Below are positions 47,486-56,851 of a stretch of DNA of 64,000 nt, piece by piece (positions within the stretch are counted from its first letter, which is position 1; each line of letters starts with the position of its first letter). Made by a program: the position numbers and the translations under genes. Origin of the DNA: Acidimicrobiales bacterium MED-G01 (GTDB lineage: Bacteria; Actinomycetota; Acidimicrobiia; Acidimicrobiales; Poriferisodalaceae); contig NTLA01000004.1 in NCBI GenBank assembly GCA_002457435.1, forward strand, positions 53,838 to 117,837, given 5' to 3'. Under the pieces are notes generated by a model. It saw only the letters and a program-made list of their open reading frames with translations. It ran no database searches and was not told the DNA's origin.

Positions 47486-48514
47486 GTGGAAACTAAGCAA
47501 CTTGAATCGGTAAAAGGTTTCGTCATTTACGACTTACCCGACGCAGAAACTTACGTGGGGCCCAGTCGGCTCGGAGCCAAGCTTGTGCCTGGTAACGCGG
47601 AAATGTTGGTCCGCCATCAGACCTACGTCTTCGCGCTAGCAGAGCAGCGCAAAAGCGGAGCCACGATCGGCCTCAAAGTAGACCCAGAGGATACAGATAC
47701 TGCGGTAAACGCATTAGCCAGTGAGTTAGCCAGCGAATTCGAATCTCAGCAGTTCCTTACTAGCCCTGGCCTCAGACTTAACAGGGAGTCACTAAATCCA
47801 GTCCTACGTCACGACAAGCGAAACCCCATAGTTAGAGACAACTGTGATGGAGTCATATTCGAAGATGAACTACTTGCTTTAGGTGCAGTGACATGTGCCA
47901 CTTTCTTCGCAAAGCCCAGTGGGAAGTGGGACGCCGCCATCGAAGGTTTCAACCAAGCAGGCATTGCTCTAGCTCGTGAAATAGAAAGCCAAGGCGGGAA
48001 TGTCAAAAGGATCTCTACACCAAAGGGCTGCGTGTCAGGCAACTTTGACAGCGTCACTCTGGCTGATGCTTGGCTAGAGGCCGGTGCTAACTGCGTCGAA
48101 CAATTGGGGTCAGTCGAAAAAGCCTGGGCTGTATGGAAGTCGGATGTAGATGCGATCTTCGTCGGTTCGAAACCAGGAGCAATGTCAGGAGATGGCGCTC
48201 AAGGCGTCAAAGAAACCCCAATCATCGCGACATCGGCAGCAGCGGTCTCATCTAAAGCACTTGCGATCTTGCGTAAGAACAACACCCCAGTGGCAGCTGA
48301 TTTTCTCAGCGGCATAGGACCCGCTTTGGCATGGTGGGCGCCAGAAGAAACAAGTCAAGATGAATTGCGCTCTTCAACTACTGCAACTGTTACGGGGTTA
48401 CTTGAAGAAACAGCCGATCACACCGACGGTCCATTTATGGCTGCTTGTTATAAGGCCGAGGCGTTTATAGAAAGTTGGCAAGAACAACGGCCATTTGGTC
48501 GACCTCTTGGCTAA
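47486..48514 (+). CDS. Divergent Glu/Leu/Phe/Val dehydrogenase-fold protein
   Basis: GFVIYD start, AAIEGF Rossmann-like strand and ALAILRK..VAADF; catalytic motifs degenerate. Confidence 0.6.
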   Translation: METKQLESVKGFVIYDLPDAETYVGPSRLGAKLVPGNAEMLVRHQTYVFALAEQRKSGATIGLKVDPEDTDTAVNALASELASEFESQQFLTSPGLRLNRESLNPVLRHDKRNPIVRDNCDGVIFEDELLALGAVTCATFFAKPSGKWDAAIEGFNQAGIALAREIESQGGNVKRISTPKGCVSGNFDSVTLADAWLEAGANCVEQLGSVEKAWAVWKSDVDAIFVGSKPGAMSGDGAQGVKETPIIATSAAAVSSKALAILRKNNTPVAADFLSGIGPALAWWAPEETSQDELRSSTTATVTGLLEETADHTDGPFMAACYKAEAFIESWQEQRPFGRPLG

Positions 48515-48526
48515 TTCCAAACATCC

Positions 48527-51500
48527 CTAACGGAAGTCTCTACTCGATACCGCTAATCCAATATCAAGTCTCTCAATCCGCTCAGCAATAACATTGGTGA
48601 CACGTCCATGCCGTTCAAGCCTGCCGTACACCTTGAGTGCTGACTCAGAACCAAGAACAGACCGAAAGCGCAACCAACATCCGCTTGAGACTATGACGTT
48701 AATCAGCCCAGTTTCATCCTCAAGGTTGACGAAAACAGTGCCTGATGCTGTGGCTGGACGTTGCCGGTGAGTCACCACACCCGCCACCTTCACCTTGCCA
48801 AGTGCACATTCCAAAAGGTCAACAGCAGTTAACACTCCTTCGTTTCTAAGTTCTCTTCTTATGAATTTGGTCGGGTGCCCGTCCGGAGCTATCCCCGTGG
48901 CCCATAAATCAGAAATCGCCTCATCCTGCAATGACATTTCTGGTAGCGCTGGCGCAAAAGCTCCGGTGACAATGCCGCGGAGGCGGTCTGAGCGTGACTG
49001 AGAAATCGCTCCCACAGCCCACAATGCCTCACGACGTCCAAGATCGAAACATTCAAAAGCACCTGCAGTGGCCAATGCCTCCAACTGTTTCTTAGACACC
49101 GATGTGCTTCTCGATAGTTGTTCCAGATCTTTGTAAGGTCCTCCGGCAGCAATTTCGAATGCTAAATCTCCACTGAACCCTCTAACAGATAAGAAACCCA
49201 GCCTTACCGCCACGCCACCTGTCGACTCATCAGAAGTTTCAAGTGTTGCTTTGTCCGCTGAAATGTTGAGATCCGGAGTCAATACCTTTACTCCGTGGCG
49301 TCTCGCATCTTGGACTAACGAATGTGGTGAGTAAAAACCCATAGGTTGAGAATTAAGTAGCGCGGCGCAAAAAGCTGCTGGGTAGTGACATTTGATCCAC
49401 GACGAGGCATAGACAAGGTGCGCAAATGAAACAGAGTGACTCTCCGGAAAGCCGTAGTTAGCGAAGGCGACCATTTTCTCCCAGATCTGATCGGCAACTT
49501 TTTCATCTACTCCTCGTTGTGACATGCCTTCATACAGTCGGTTTCGGAGACGGTTCATCCGCTCTCGAGATCGTTTAGAGCCCATCGCTTGACGTAACTC
49601 ATCAGCCTCTGTAGATGTAAAACCTGCAACATCAATTGCCATCTGCATGAGTTGTTCCTGAAAAAGTGGAACACCCAGGGTTTTAGAAAGAGCTGGTTCG
49701 AGGAGAGGATGGAGATACGTAACTGCTTCCTCTCCATTGCGCCGACGAATATATGGATGGACAGAACCACCTTGGATAGGACCAGGACGGATAAGCGCTA
49801 CTTCAACAACTAAATCGTAGAAACAACGGGGGCGAAGCCTGGGAAGAGTCGCCATTTGTGCTCGTGATTCCACTTGGAATACACCGATTGAGTCTGCCCG
49901 ACACAACATTTCGTAGACCTCGTCTTCTTGAGGCAAAGCACCAAGATCTAGCTCCACTTGATGAGTTTCGGCAATGAAGTCCACAGCCGCATGCAACGCG
50001 GACAACATTCCTAGACCAAGCAAGTCAAACTTAACTAGCCCAACTGAGGCGCAGTCATCCTTATCCCATTGCAAAACAGATCGACCAGCCATTCTTGCCC
50101 ACTCAACCGGGCACACCTCGACTATGGGGCGGTCACAGATCACCATCCCACCTGAGTGAATCCCTAAATGCCGTGGTGTTCTCTCAATTTCTGAGGCCAA
50201 TTGGAGAACATCAGATGGCACAGCTTGCTGATCTCGTTCATTGATCTTTTGTTGGGAACCAACTGGTTGGTGACGTTCAAGAGATTTAGACCAAGCATCC
50301 TGTTGGCCAGAGTCGTAACCCAAAGCGCGAGCAGCGTCACGAACTGCCGATCGTGTTCGGTATGTAATGACATTGGAGACCTGCGCTGTGTGCTCTCTGC
50401 CATAGCGGTCAAACACATATTGGATGACTTCCTCACGTCTTCCACTCTCTATATCAAGGTCTATATCAGGAGGTCCGTCTCGCTCTGACGATAGAAACCT
50501 TTCAAACAACAAGCCGAGCGAAACAGCATCAACGTTGGTGATACCTAGGGCATAACAAACAGCTGAATTAGCTGCGGAGCCCCGTCCTTGGCAAAAAATA
50601 TCGCGACTACGACAAAACGAAACAATGTCCCAAACAACAAGGAAATAGCCCGGGAAACCGAGTTTCTCAATTACCTCAAGTTCATGTGCTATCTGCTGCC
50701 AAGATCCGACAACCCTCTCAGCAGATCTAGCACCATAACGACCTGTCGCTCCGGCATAAACGACTCTTCGCAGGTACGACATTTCATCTAGACCATCCGG
50801 GCATGGATATGGGGGAAGTTTTGGTGCAACTAGCGCTAGATCGAAAGCGCATTCTTGTCCCAGTTCTGCTGCTGTCTCGACTACACCGGGGTAATGAGAG
50901 AACCAATGTTGTTGCTCAGTGCCTGACCGCAAGTGAGCTGATCCATGACCTGGAAGCCATCCGTCTATCTGGTCGAGCGAGCGGCGGCTGCGAATTGCTG
51001 CCATCGCTTTCGCTAAGCGACGCTTAGACGGAACGGCGTAATGAACACCATTAGTGCAAAGCAGCCCAACTTTTTGTTCTGCTGCCAAATCTGCCAAACG
51101 ATCATTTCGAGAATCATCGGAAGGGTCACCATGATTCCAAAGTTCAACGAAAACATTTTCCCTCCCAGCAGCTTCAACTATTTGACAAAGTTCCCTTCTC
51201 GCTCCTAATACACCTTCCGCTTCAAGCGCAGCGGGGACGGCGCCTCTACGCCCAGCTGTGAGTAAAGCCCAATCTCCTCGATGAGAATCCAAGGCATCAA
51301 ATAACTCAGGTGTGGATATGCGGGGAGCATTCTTCTCTCCAGCCATTTGACTCCGTGAAAGAAGCGCTGACAATGACGCATACCCTGCGGGGTGACGGGC
51401 TAAAACAATAAGTCGCTTGCCGACCGGGTCAACGGAGCCCACACGGGAAAAGTTGCTGCTCGGTGTCTTGAGCGTTGGAGTCTCTTCAGACTGCCAGGCA

Positions 51501-51871
51501 TCTACCGTGAGTTCAGCACCGAAAACTGTAGGGAGTCCTACCTCTCGCGCACATTCAGCAAACCGCACAACCCCATAAAACCCTCCATGGTCCGTTAAAG
51601 CTAAGGCATTCAGATCAAGTCGAACTGCTTCTAAGACCAGCTCTTCGGGACTTGAAGCACCATCAAGGAAACTGAAATGAGAGTGGGTGTGCAATTCGGC
51701 ATATGGAACCACCGCGCGAGTTCGTTGGCCTTTTTCTGGTCTAACAAATCTCTCGGGTGGTGCATTATTCGAGGCATAGATTCCTCTGGCTCCACTATGG
51801 GAACTATCAGAAAGTCGACGCTCTAGCTCTCGCCATGGCATAGCAGGATTGTTGAAGCCCATGCCATACAT
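48527..51871 (-). CDS. dnaE2: Error-prone DNA polymerase DnaE2 (ImuC)
   Basis: PHP domain HTHSHFSFLDG, GRGSAANS, PPDIDLD, QWDKDD, FANYGFPESH and C-terminal SSRDFR. Confidence 0.96.
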   Translation of the reverse strand: MYGMGFNNPAMPWRELERRLSDSSHSGARGIYASNNAPPERFVRPEKGQRTRAVVPYAELHTHSHFSFLDGASSPEELVLEAVRLDLNALALTDHGGFYGVVRFAECAREVGLPTVFGAELTVDAWQSEETPTLKTPSSNFSRVGSVDPVGKRLIVLARHPAGYASLSALLSRSQMAGEKNAPRISTPELFDALDSHRGDWALLTAGRRGAVPAALEAEGVLGARRELCQIVEAAGRENVFVELWNHGDPSDDSRNDRLADLAAEQKVGLLCTNGVHYAVPSKRRLAKAMAAIRSRRSLDQIDGWLPGHGSAHLRSGTEQQHWFSHYPGVVETAAELGQECAFDLALVAPKLPPYPCPDGLDEMSYLRRVVYAGATGRYGARSAERVVGSWQQIAHELEVIEKLGFPGYFLVVWDIVSFCRSRDIFCQGRGSAANSAVCYALGITNVDAVSLGLLFERFLSSERDGPPDIDLDIESGRREEVIQYVFDRYGREHTAQVSNVITYRTRSAVRDAARALGYDSGQQDAWSKSLERHQPVGSQQKINERDQQAVPSDVLQLASEIERTPRHLGIHSGGMVICDRPIVEVCPVEWARMAGRSVLQWDKDDCASVGLVKFDLLGLGMLSALHAAVDFIAETHQVELDLGALPQEDEVYEMLCRADSIGVFQVESRAQMATLPRLRPRCFYDLVVEVALIRPGPIQGGSVHPYIRRRNGEEAVTYLHPLLEPALSKTLGVPLFQEQLMQMAIDVAGFTSTEADELRQAMGSKRSRERMNRLRNRLYEGMSQRGVDEKVADQIWEKMVAFANYGFPESHSVSFAHLVYASSWIKCHYPAAFCAALLNSQPMGFYSPHSLVQDARRHGVKVLTPDLNISADKATLETSDESTGGVAVRLGFLSVRGFSGDLAFEIAAGGPYKDLEQLSRSTSVSKKQLEALATAGAFECFDLGRREALWAVGAISQSRSDRLRGIVTGAFAPALPEMSLQDEAISDLWATGIAPDGHPTKFIRRELRNEGVLTAVDLLECALGKVKVAGVVTHRQRPATASGTVFVNLEDETGLINVIVSSGCWLRFRSVLGSESALKVYGRLERHGRVTNVIAERIERLDIGLAVSSRDFR

Positions 51872-51873
51872 AA

Positions 51874-51889
51874 TCGAACATACGTTCGA
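51874..51889. promoter_or_regulatory. LexA (SOS) box upstream of dnaE2
   Basis: TCGAAC-ATAC-GTTCGA, a perfect actinobacterial consensus, 2 nt from the dnaE2 start. Confidence 0.92.
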
Positions 51890-51932
51890 TAGAAGTCAAG
51901 ACAGGTGAGCGAGATCGGAGTACCTTTTACCC

Positions 51933-53366
51933 ATGCAAAACGCAATCCCTGATGGGGTAGAACTCGCGCATCTCGTGCAACAGGGTAAGGCCTCTCCTGT
52001 CGAACTTCTCGAAGATGCAATCACTCGAGCTAATGAGCTCAACCCTCATTTAAACGCGATCATTCATCGATTAGACGAACAAGCGCATATCAAAGCAAAA
52101 AGGATGTCTGATCACAAAGCCCCCGAAGAGGCCACTTTGTGGGGCGTGCCTTTTCTCACCAAGGACCTAACGGTCATGACCGAAGGTGATCCCTACCATG
52201 CTGGCAATGTTGCTCTTCGTGATGCTGACTATCGAGCCGAACACACAACTCACCTAGCAACCATGTTTGACCACTTAGGTTTAATCAATTTCGGTCGGAC
52301 CAACACACCGGAATTTGGCGGAACGGTTACAACTGAGCCCGTTTCTCATGGAGCCTGCAAGAATCCTTGGAACCTGGAGCATTCAACTGGCGGTTCGAGC
52401 GGAGGTTCCGCTGCTGCGGTAGCTGCAGGAATTGTCCCGATAGCTCATGCGAATGACGGAGGGGGATCTATTCGTATCCCCGCCTCAGAGTGCGGATTAG
52501 TTGGGCTTAAACCGAGCCGGGGTCGGGTTTCCTTTGGTCCCAAACTTGGAGAGTCCTGGGCCGGTGCTGCCATCGATGGTGTCGTAACCAGAACACTGAG
52601 AGATACGGCCCGGGTATTAGATGGAGTTTCTAAGCCGTGGCCAGGCGACCCGTATTGGGCACCGCCTCCGAAATTGTCTTTTGAAGAGGCACTATCTACG
52701 CCTCCGAGACAATTGAAGATCGGTTTCGTTACCGACTCCCCTTGGGGTCCGGTCCATCATGATTGCGTCGATGCCATCCAAAACACAGCGTTACTGCTTC
52801 AAGACCTCGGCCACGTGGTTGAGGACAACAGCCCGGATCCGTTATTCGATGATGAGTTATTTCACCACTTCAGGACTGTGATGGCTGCAAACGAGGCGTT
52901 CTCTGTCGACAAACTAGGTGACGCTATAGGAAGAAGATTCGGTGTCGGAGATATGGAGGCTGACACGAGAGCTCTCGTGGAGCTAGGTCGCACATACGCT
53001 GCGACCGACTATCTAGCTTCAGTTGAATGGTTTCACTCTTACTCAAGAAGAATGGCTGACTGGTGGTTGAAGTTCGATCTTCTTCTGACGCCAGTCATTG
53101 CCCAACCGCCCCCCAAGCTGGGAGAGTTACGCGATCCGAAACTAGGGACCCAACGCCTACGTGAGTTACTTCTGTTCACAGTTCAGTTCAATGTGACCGG
53201 CCAGCCAGCTATTTCCCTACCTATGCATACAAGCAGCAACGGTTTACCCATTGGAGTCCAATTGGTTGCAGCGATGCATGGAGAATCTTCTCTTTTGCAA
53301 TTGGGCCGTCAGCTCGAATCAGCGTCCACTTGGCACGATCGAAAACCGATGGTGTGCGCTGCATAA
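51933..53366 (+). CDS. Amidase-signature family enzyme
   Basis: GVPFLTKDL, GGSSGGSAAAVAAG, DGGGSIRIPAS and GLKPSRG. Confidence 0.93.
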   Translation: MQNAIPDGVELAHLVQQGKASPVELLEDAITRANELNPHLNAIIHRLDEQAHIKAKRMSDHKAPEEATLWGVPFLTKDLTVMTEGDPYHAGNVALRDADYRAEHTTHLATMFDHLGLINFGRTNTPEFGGTVTTEPVSHGACKNPWNLEHSTGGSSGGSAAAVAAGIVPIAHANDGGGSIRIPASECGLVGLKPSRGRVSFGPKLGESWAGAAIDGVVTRTLRDTARVLDGVSKPWPGDPYWAPPPKLSFEEALSTPPRQLKIGFVTDSPWGPVHHDCVDAIQNTALLLQDLGHVVEDNSPDPLFDDELFHHFRTVMAANEAFSVDKLGDAIGRRFGVGDMEADTRALVELGRTYAATDYLASVEWFHSYSRRMADWWLKFDLLLTPVIAQPPPKLGELRDPKLGTQRLRELLLFTVQFNVTGQPAISLPMHTSSNGLPIGVQLVAAMHGESSLLQLGRQLESASTWHDRKPMVCAA

Positions 53367-53382
53367 ATTCGGTTGACGCGTA

Positions 53383-53889
53383 TTGTGTCAGGCGTCAACG
53401 AAAGCAGTCATTGTGAGTCGCAGATCTCTTGCCGATACCGCTCTTTTAACAAGACTTCTCGGTACGGAAGTTCGTTCCGGTTTCGCTATCAGCGATCCTG
53501 ATTTAGTCCCTCTACAACGTAAAGAACTAATCGCCAGGTCCGCTGTCTGCGCTCTGGGGTTCGTTCTGGCTGCCTCTTGGGGCACTCTCTTACCATTGGC
53601 TATTTCAGCATTTGCAGGATGGGATCACTTTGCCCGTCGAAGGCGTTCAGTCCTAGTTGCTACCAAAATCGGTCTCCACCTGGTCGCAATTCGCGGCCAG
53701 AAGACAACTCTGACTCGTGAATGGAAGGTTGATGTGGAAGCTCGTCTTATCTTGCGGCCCGATAATCCCGAAGTTCCCCTGGAACTCCCAGGCTGGGTAG
53801 GGGTAATACACGGTGCTGATATTGAGCGAGCAGAAAGATCTATTCGCGACGGTGGCGGTGAGCCCGTGAGGCTCGTGAGTGATGATTAA
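53383..53889 (+). CDS. Hypothetical membrane protein
   Basis: Central hydrophobic hairpin followed by RRRR; start uncertain. Confidence 0.55.
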   Translation: MCQASTKAVIVSRRSLADTALLTRLLGTEVRSGFAISDPDLVPLQRKELIARSAVCALGFVLAASWGTLLPLAISAFAGWDHFARRRRSVLVATKIGLHLVAIRGQKTTLTREWKVDVEARLILRPDNPEVPLELPGWVGVIHGADIERAERSIRDGGGEPVRLVSDD

Positions 53890-54533
53890 AATCTCGACCG
53901 CACCTCTGTAACCGCTGCCTCGAAATCCTCACTGACCAACAAGGCGTCCAGACCTACAGCTAACGCGCCCCTGATGTTCTCTGGATGGTCGTCCAGAAAG
54001 AGACAGTCTTGAGGGGCCAATCCCAGTTGACTGCACACGAGCAGATAGATATTTGGGTCAGGCTTTCTCATACCTACTTGGCAAGAATCAACAACGGAGT
54101 CAAAGGATTGCAGGGGTATTCGGGCTCTCCATTGACCCCATTCCTTTACGTTGTTCGTCAAAATTGCGGTTCGTATACCTCCCGCCCGGATCTCGTTAGA
54201 CAAGTCAAGCATTGGAACGACTGGTTTCGCCTCTGAGAAGGGGTCGAAATCATCGGCAGTCATTGTGGTTGCCTTGTGGCCCGCGGGCAGCTCAACCGAA
54301 AAGACCCTTTGCATCTGGACAACAAAGTCTGAAAGTTCGACACGGCCACATTCAACCTCGTGCCATATCGGTGGGTCTTCACCAGGCGCAACTGTTCCTC
54401 CGTAGTCTCCGAAGATTTCCTTAAGCACCGTGAGTGGAATATCCCACTCTTCAGCCCACCTCAATGCCGCTAAGAACGGAGACTCCAATAGAACTCCACC
54501 TACGTCAAAGATTACGGCCTTCAGACTCATCAC
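53886..54533 (-). CDS. HAD-family phosphatase (paralog type of 15886-16626)
   Basis: IFDVGGV, LTNN, GMRKPDPNIY and FLDD. Confidence 0.88.
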   Translation of the reverse strand: MMSLKAVIFDVGGVLLESPFLAALRWAEEWDIPLTVLKEIFGDYGGTVAPGEDPPIWHEVECGRVELSDFVVQMQRVFSVELPAGHKATTMTADDFDPFSEAKPVVPMLDLSNEIRAGGIRTAILTNNVKEWGQWRARIPLQSFDSVVDSCQVGMRKPDPNIYLLVCSQLGLAPQDCLFLDDHPENIRGALAVGLDALLVSEDFEAAVTEVRSRF

Positions 54534-54586
54534 CTGAAAGCTAACCAGACGTCGCTGCAGCGTCTTACATATGTAGGGTCATATTC

Positions 54587-55423
54587 GTGCGACTTCTTAG
54601 TTTTACTCTCAATCAGGACTCTCGATTCGGAATCGCTACCGATGACGGGGTCATAGATTTGACTCATCGTGCAAATTTCCCCGATTTGAATTCAGCCTTG
54701 AGTGACCTTGACCACGTGCGAACCTTCGAAGATGTTTCACCTGATCATTCGTGGGAGTCGATCTCATTCGACATTCCAGTGCCTGACCAACGCCGCGTCT
54801 TGTGTGCTGGTCTGAATTACCACAAGAAGTACCCCTTGGGAGGTGAAGTGAAACCACCCAAGCAGCCCGTTTATTTCAACAAACCGCCCGGCTCTTTAGT
54901 TCCTCATAACGGTCAGCTAATCCGTCCCATCGCATCCGTTCAGTTGGATTATGAAGTTGAACTCGCAGTGATAATTGGGCAATCGGGACGACACATTTCT
55001 GAATCCACCGCTTTGGATCACGTTGCCGGGTACACGATCTTTAACGATGGCTCGGTGCGAGATTGGCAGCGTCATGGAGTTGCCGCAGGCAAAAACTTTT
55101 TTCAGTCAGGTTCTTGTGGTCCTTGGATTATGACAAGTGATCAAATCCCTGAACCTTCGAACCTTTCGGTGATCACTCGCGTCAACGGGGAGCAACGTCA
55201 AAACGCAGGCGTGGACGAGATGATCTTTAGCGTCCAAGAACTCATTTCTTACATGTCACAGATAATGCCCTTGGAGCCTGGTGACATTATTGCCACCGGT
55301 TCCCCCGAGGGAACCGGTGGCTCTATGGAACCTCAAGTTTGGTTAGCCAACGGCGACATCATCGAATTCGAGATTCCCGGGATTGGAATCCTCGCCAACA
55401 CCGTGGTTGACGAAACGATTTAG
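54587..55423 (+). CDS. Fumarylacetoacetate hydrolase family protein
   Basis: CAGLNY, DYEVELAVIIG, NDGSVRD, GKNF and PGDIIATGSPEG. Confidence 0.92.
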   Translation: MRLLSFTLNQDSRFGIATDDGVIDLTHRANFPDLNSALSDLDHVRTFEDVSPDHSWESISFDIPVPDQRRVLCAGLNYHKKYPLGGEVKPPKQPVYFNKPPGSLVPHNGQLIRPIASVQLDYEVELAVIIGQSGRHISESTALDHVAGYTIFNDGSVRDWQRHGVAAGKNFFQSGSCGPWIMTSDQIPEPSNLSVITRVNGEQRQNAGVDEMIFSVQELISYMSQIMPLEPGDIIATGSPEGTGGSMEPQVWLANGDIIEFEIPGIGILANTVVDETI

Positions 55424-55519
55424 TTGGGCGATACCCAAAGTGTCGCGCCGGTCGGTACCTTTGATCACAACGACAAGTAAAGGAAATTCGACCTGTCACG
55501 TTCACGCCGATTCACTGCT

Positions 55520-56818
55520 GTGGCGACCATCGTGTTACTTGTGGGTACGTTCCTTCCTATCCCTTCAGCTAGCAGCGCTGGTAAAAGCAGCGCTCAATTG
55601 CGTAAGGAGAAAGCTGCTTTGCAGCAGCAAGTCACACAACTCCGCAAAGAACGTGACACCTTCCAAAAGGAGGTACTCGATCAAGCCCGAATCGTCGATA
55701 CCGCTACAGCAGACGTAGGTGAAGTTGAACAAGTACTAGCTGACCTCGAATTACTTGTCGCCCAGCAGCGAGACGACTTAACTCAAGCCGAACAAGCATT
55801 AGACGGCGCCGTTCTTGCAGTATCTGCGGCAGAACAAAAATCGGACGAGCTCGCCGGTCAACAAACTGCCCTAAACGCTCGAGTTAACGACCTAGCATTA
55901 CAGACTTACATCGGTCGCGATTCAACAGTTGAAGGGTCGTTTGGATTAGCGAGAACCGGAGATATCTACAAGGCAGCCCGAGTACAAACACTCATTGGCG
56001 CTGCGTTTGGCGATATAAACAATACGTCCGACGAACTTCGCGCCCTCCAAGTAGATACCGCAGTCGCTACGAAAGCATTAAATGAGGCAGTGGTCCAAAG
56101 GGAGTTGTTGCGTACCGAAGCCGAGATTCAACTCGAGCAGCTATTGGACGCTGTCGGCTTACAGACTCAGATTGTCTTCGAAGCGGAGGGTCGACTGGAG
56201 GCCCGACTGTATGAGGCTGCAGCGCTAGCCGAGCTTGACGCTGAGATGGCTCAAAAAATAGAAAGTGAACAAAACAATTTGGCCAGAGTAATTAAGGCTG
56301 AAAAAGCTAAACGGGCCGAAGAGGAACGTCTTCGCAGGGAAGCGGAACGGAAGCGAAGAGAAGCCGAAGAAGCACGGCAACGACGTTTACTAGGCATCGC
56401 CGATGCCCCGACGTCAATCGATTTTGATAAGTCGGAGCTCATGACAGTCTGGGGCATTCGTGTACACGAATCGATTGCCGACAAACTACTTGCCCTGTTA
56501 AAGCATGCTTCACGGGATGGCATCAGACTCGGTGGCGGGGGCTACCGAAGTTCACAGTCTCAGATCAATTTGCGACGAGCACATTGCGGTACGAGTAACT
56601 ATGCCATTTACCGCAAGCCCTCCTACCAGTGTCGTCCTCCAACTGCTCGACCGGGTGCTTCGATGCATGAGCGGGGTCTAGCGGTGGACTTCACACAAAA
56701 TGGGCGCGCCCTTTGGAGCAACACGTCCGGTTACAGGTGGCTGAAACGTAACGCGTCAAAATACGGGTTCCGCAATCTGCCAAGTGAACCTTGGCACTGG
56801 TCGACAAACGGTCGATAA
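55520..56818 (+). CDS. Secreted coiled-coil protein with C-terminal M15 (D,D-carboxypeptidase-like) Zn peptidase domain
   Basis: Signal-like N-terminus and long coiled coil; GYRS, SMHERGLAVD (SxHxxGxAxD) and EPWHW. Confidence 0.85.
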   Translation: MATIVLLVGTFLPIPSASSAGKSSAQLRKEKAALQQQVTQLRKERDTFQKEVLDQARIVDTATADVGEVEQVLADLELLVAQQRDDLTQAEQALDGAVLAVSAAEQKSDELAGQQTALNARVNDLALQTYIGRDSTVEGSFGLARTGDIYKAARVQTLIGAAFGDINNTSDELRALQVDTAVATKALNEAVVQRELLRTEAEIQLEQLLDAVGLQTQIVFEAEGRLEARLYEAAALAELDAEMAQKIESEQNNLARVIKAEKAKRAEEERLRREAERKRREAEEARQRRLLGIADAPTSIDFDKSELMTVWGIRVHESIADKLLALLKHASRDGIRLGGGGYRSSQSQINLRRAHCGTSNYAIYRKPSYQCRPPTARPGASMHERGLAVDFTQNGRALWSNTSGYRWLKRNASKYGFRNLPSEPWHWSTNGR

Positions 56819-56851
56819 ATCATTTCCAAAGGCTGCTGCGGCACATTTTGT

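Noticed and set aside
51890-56851. Mobile element inserted into the mutasome cassette
   Set aside because: No integrase or transposase, no target-site duplication, and no evident compositional shift
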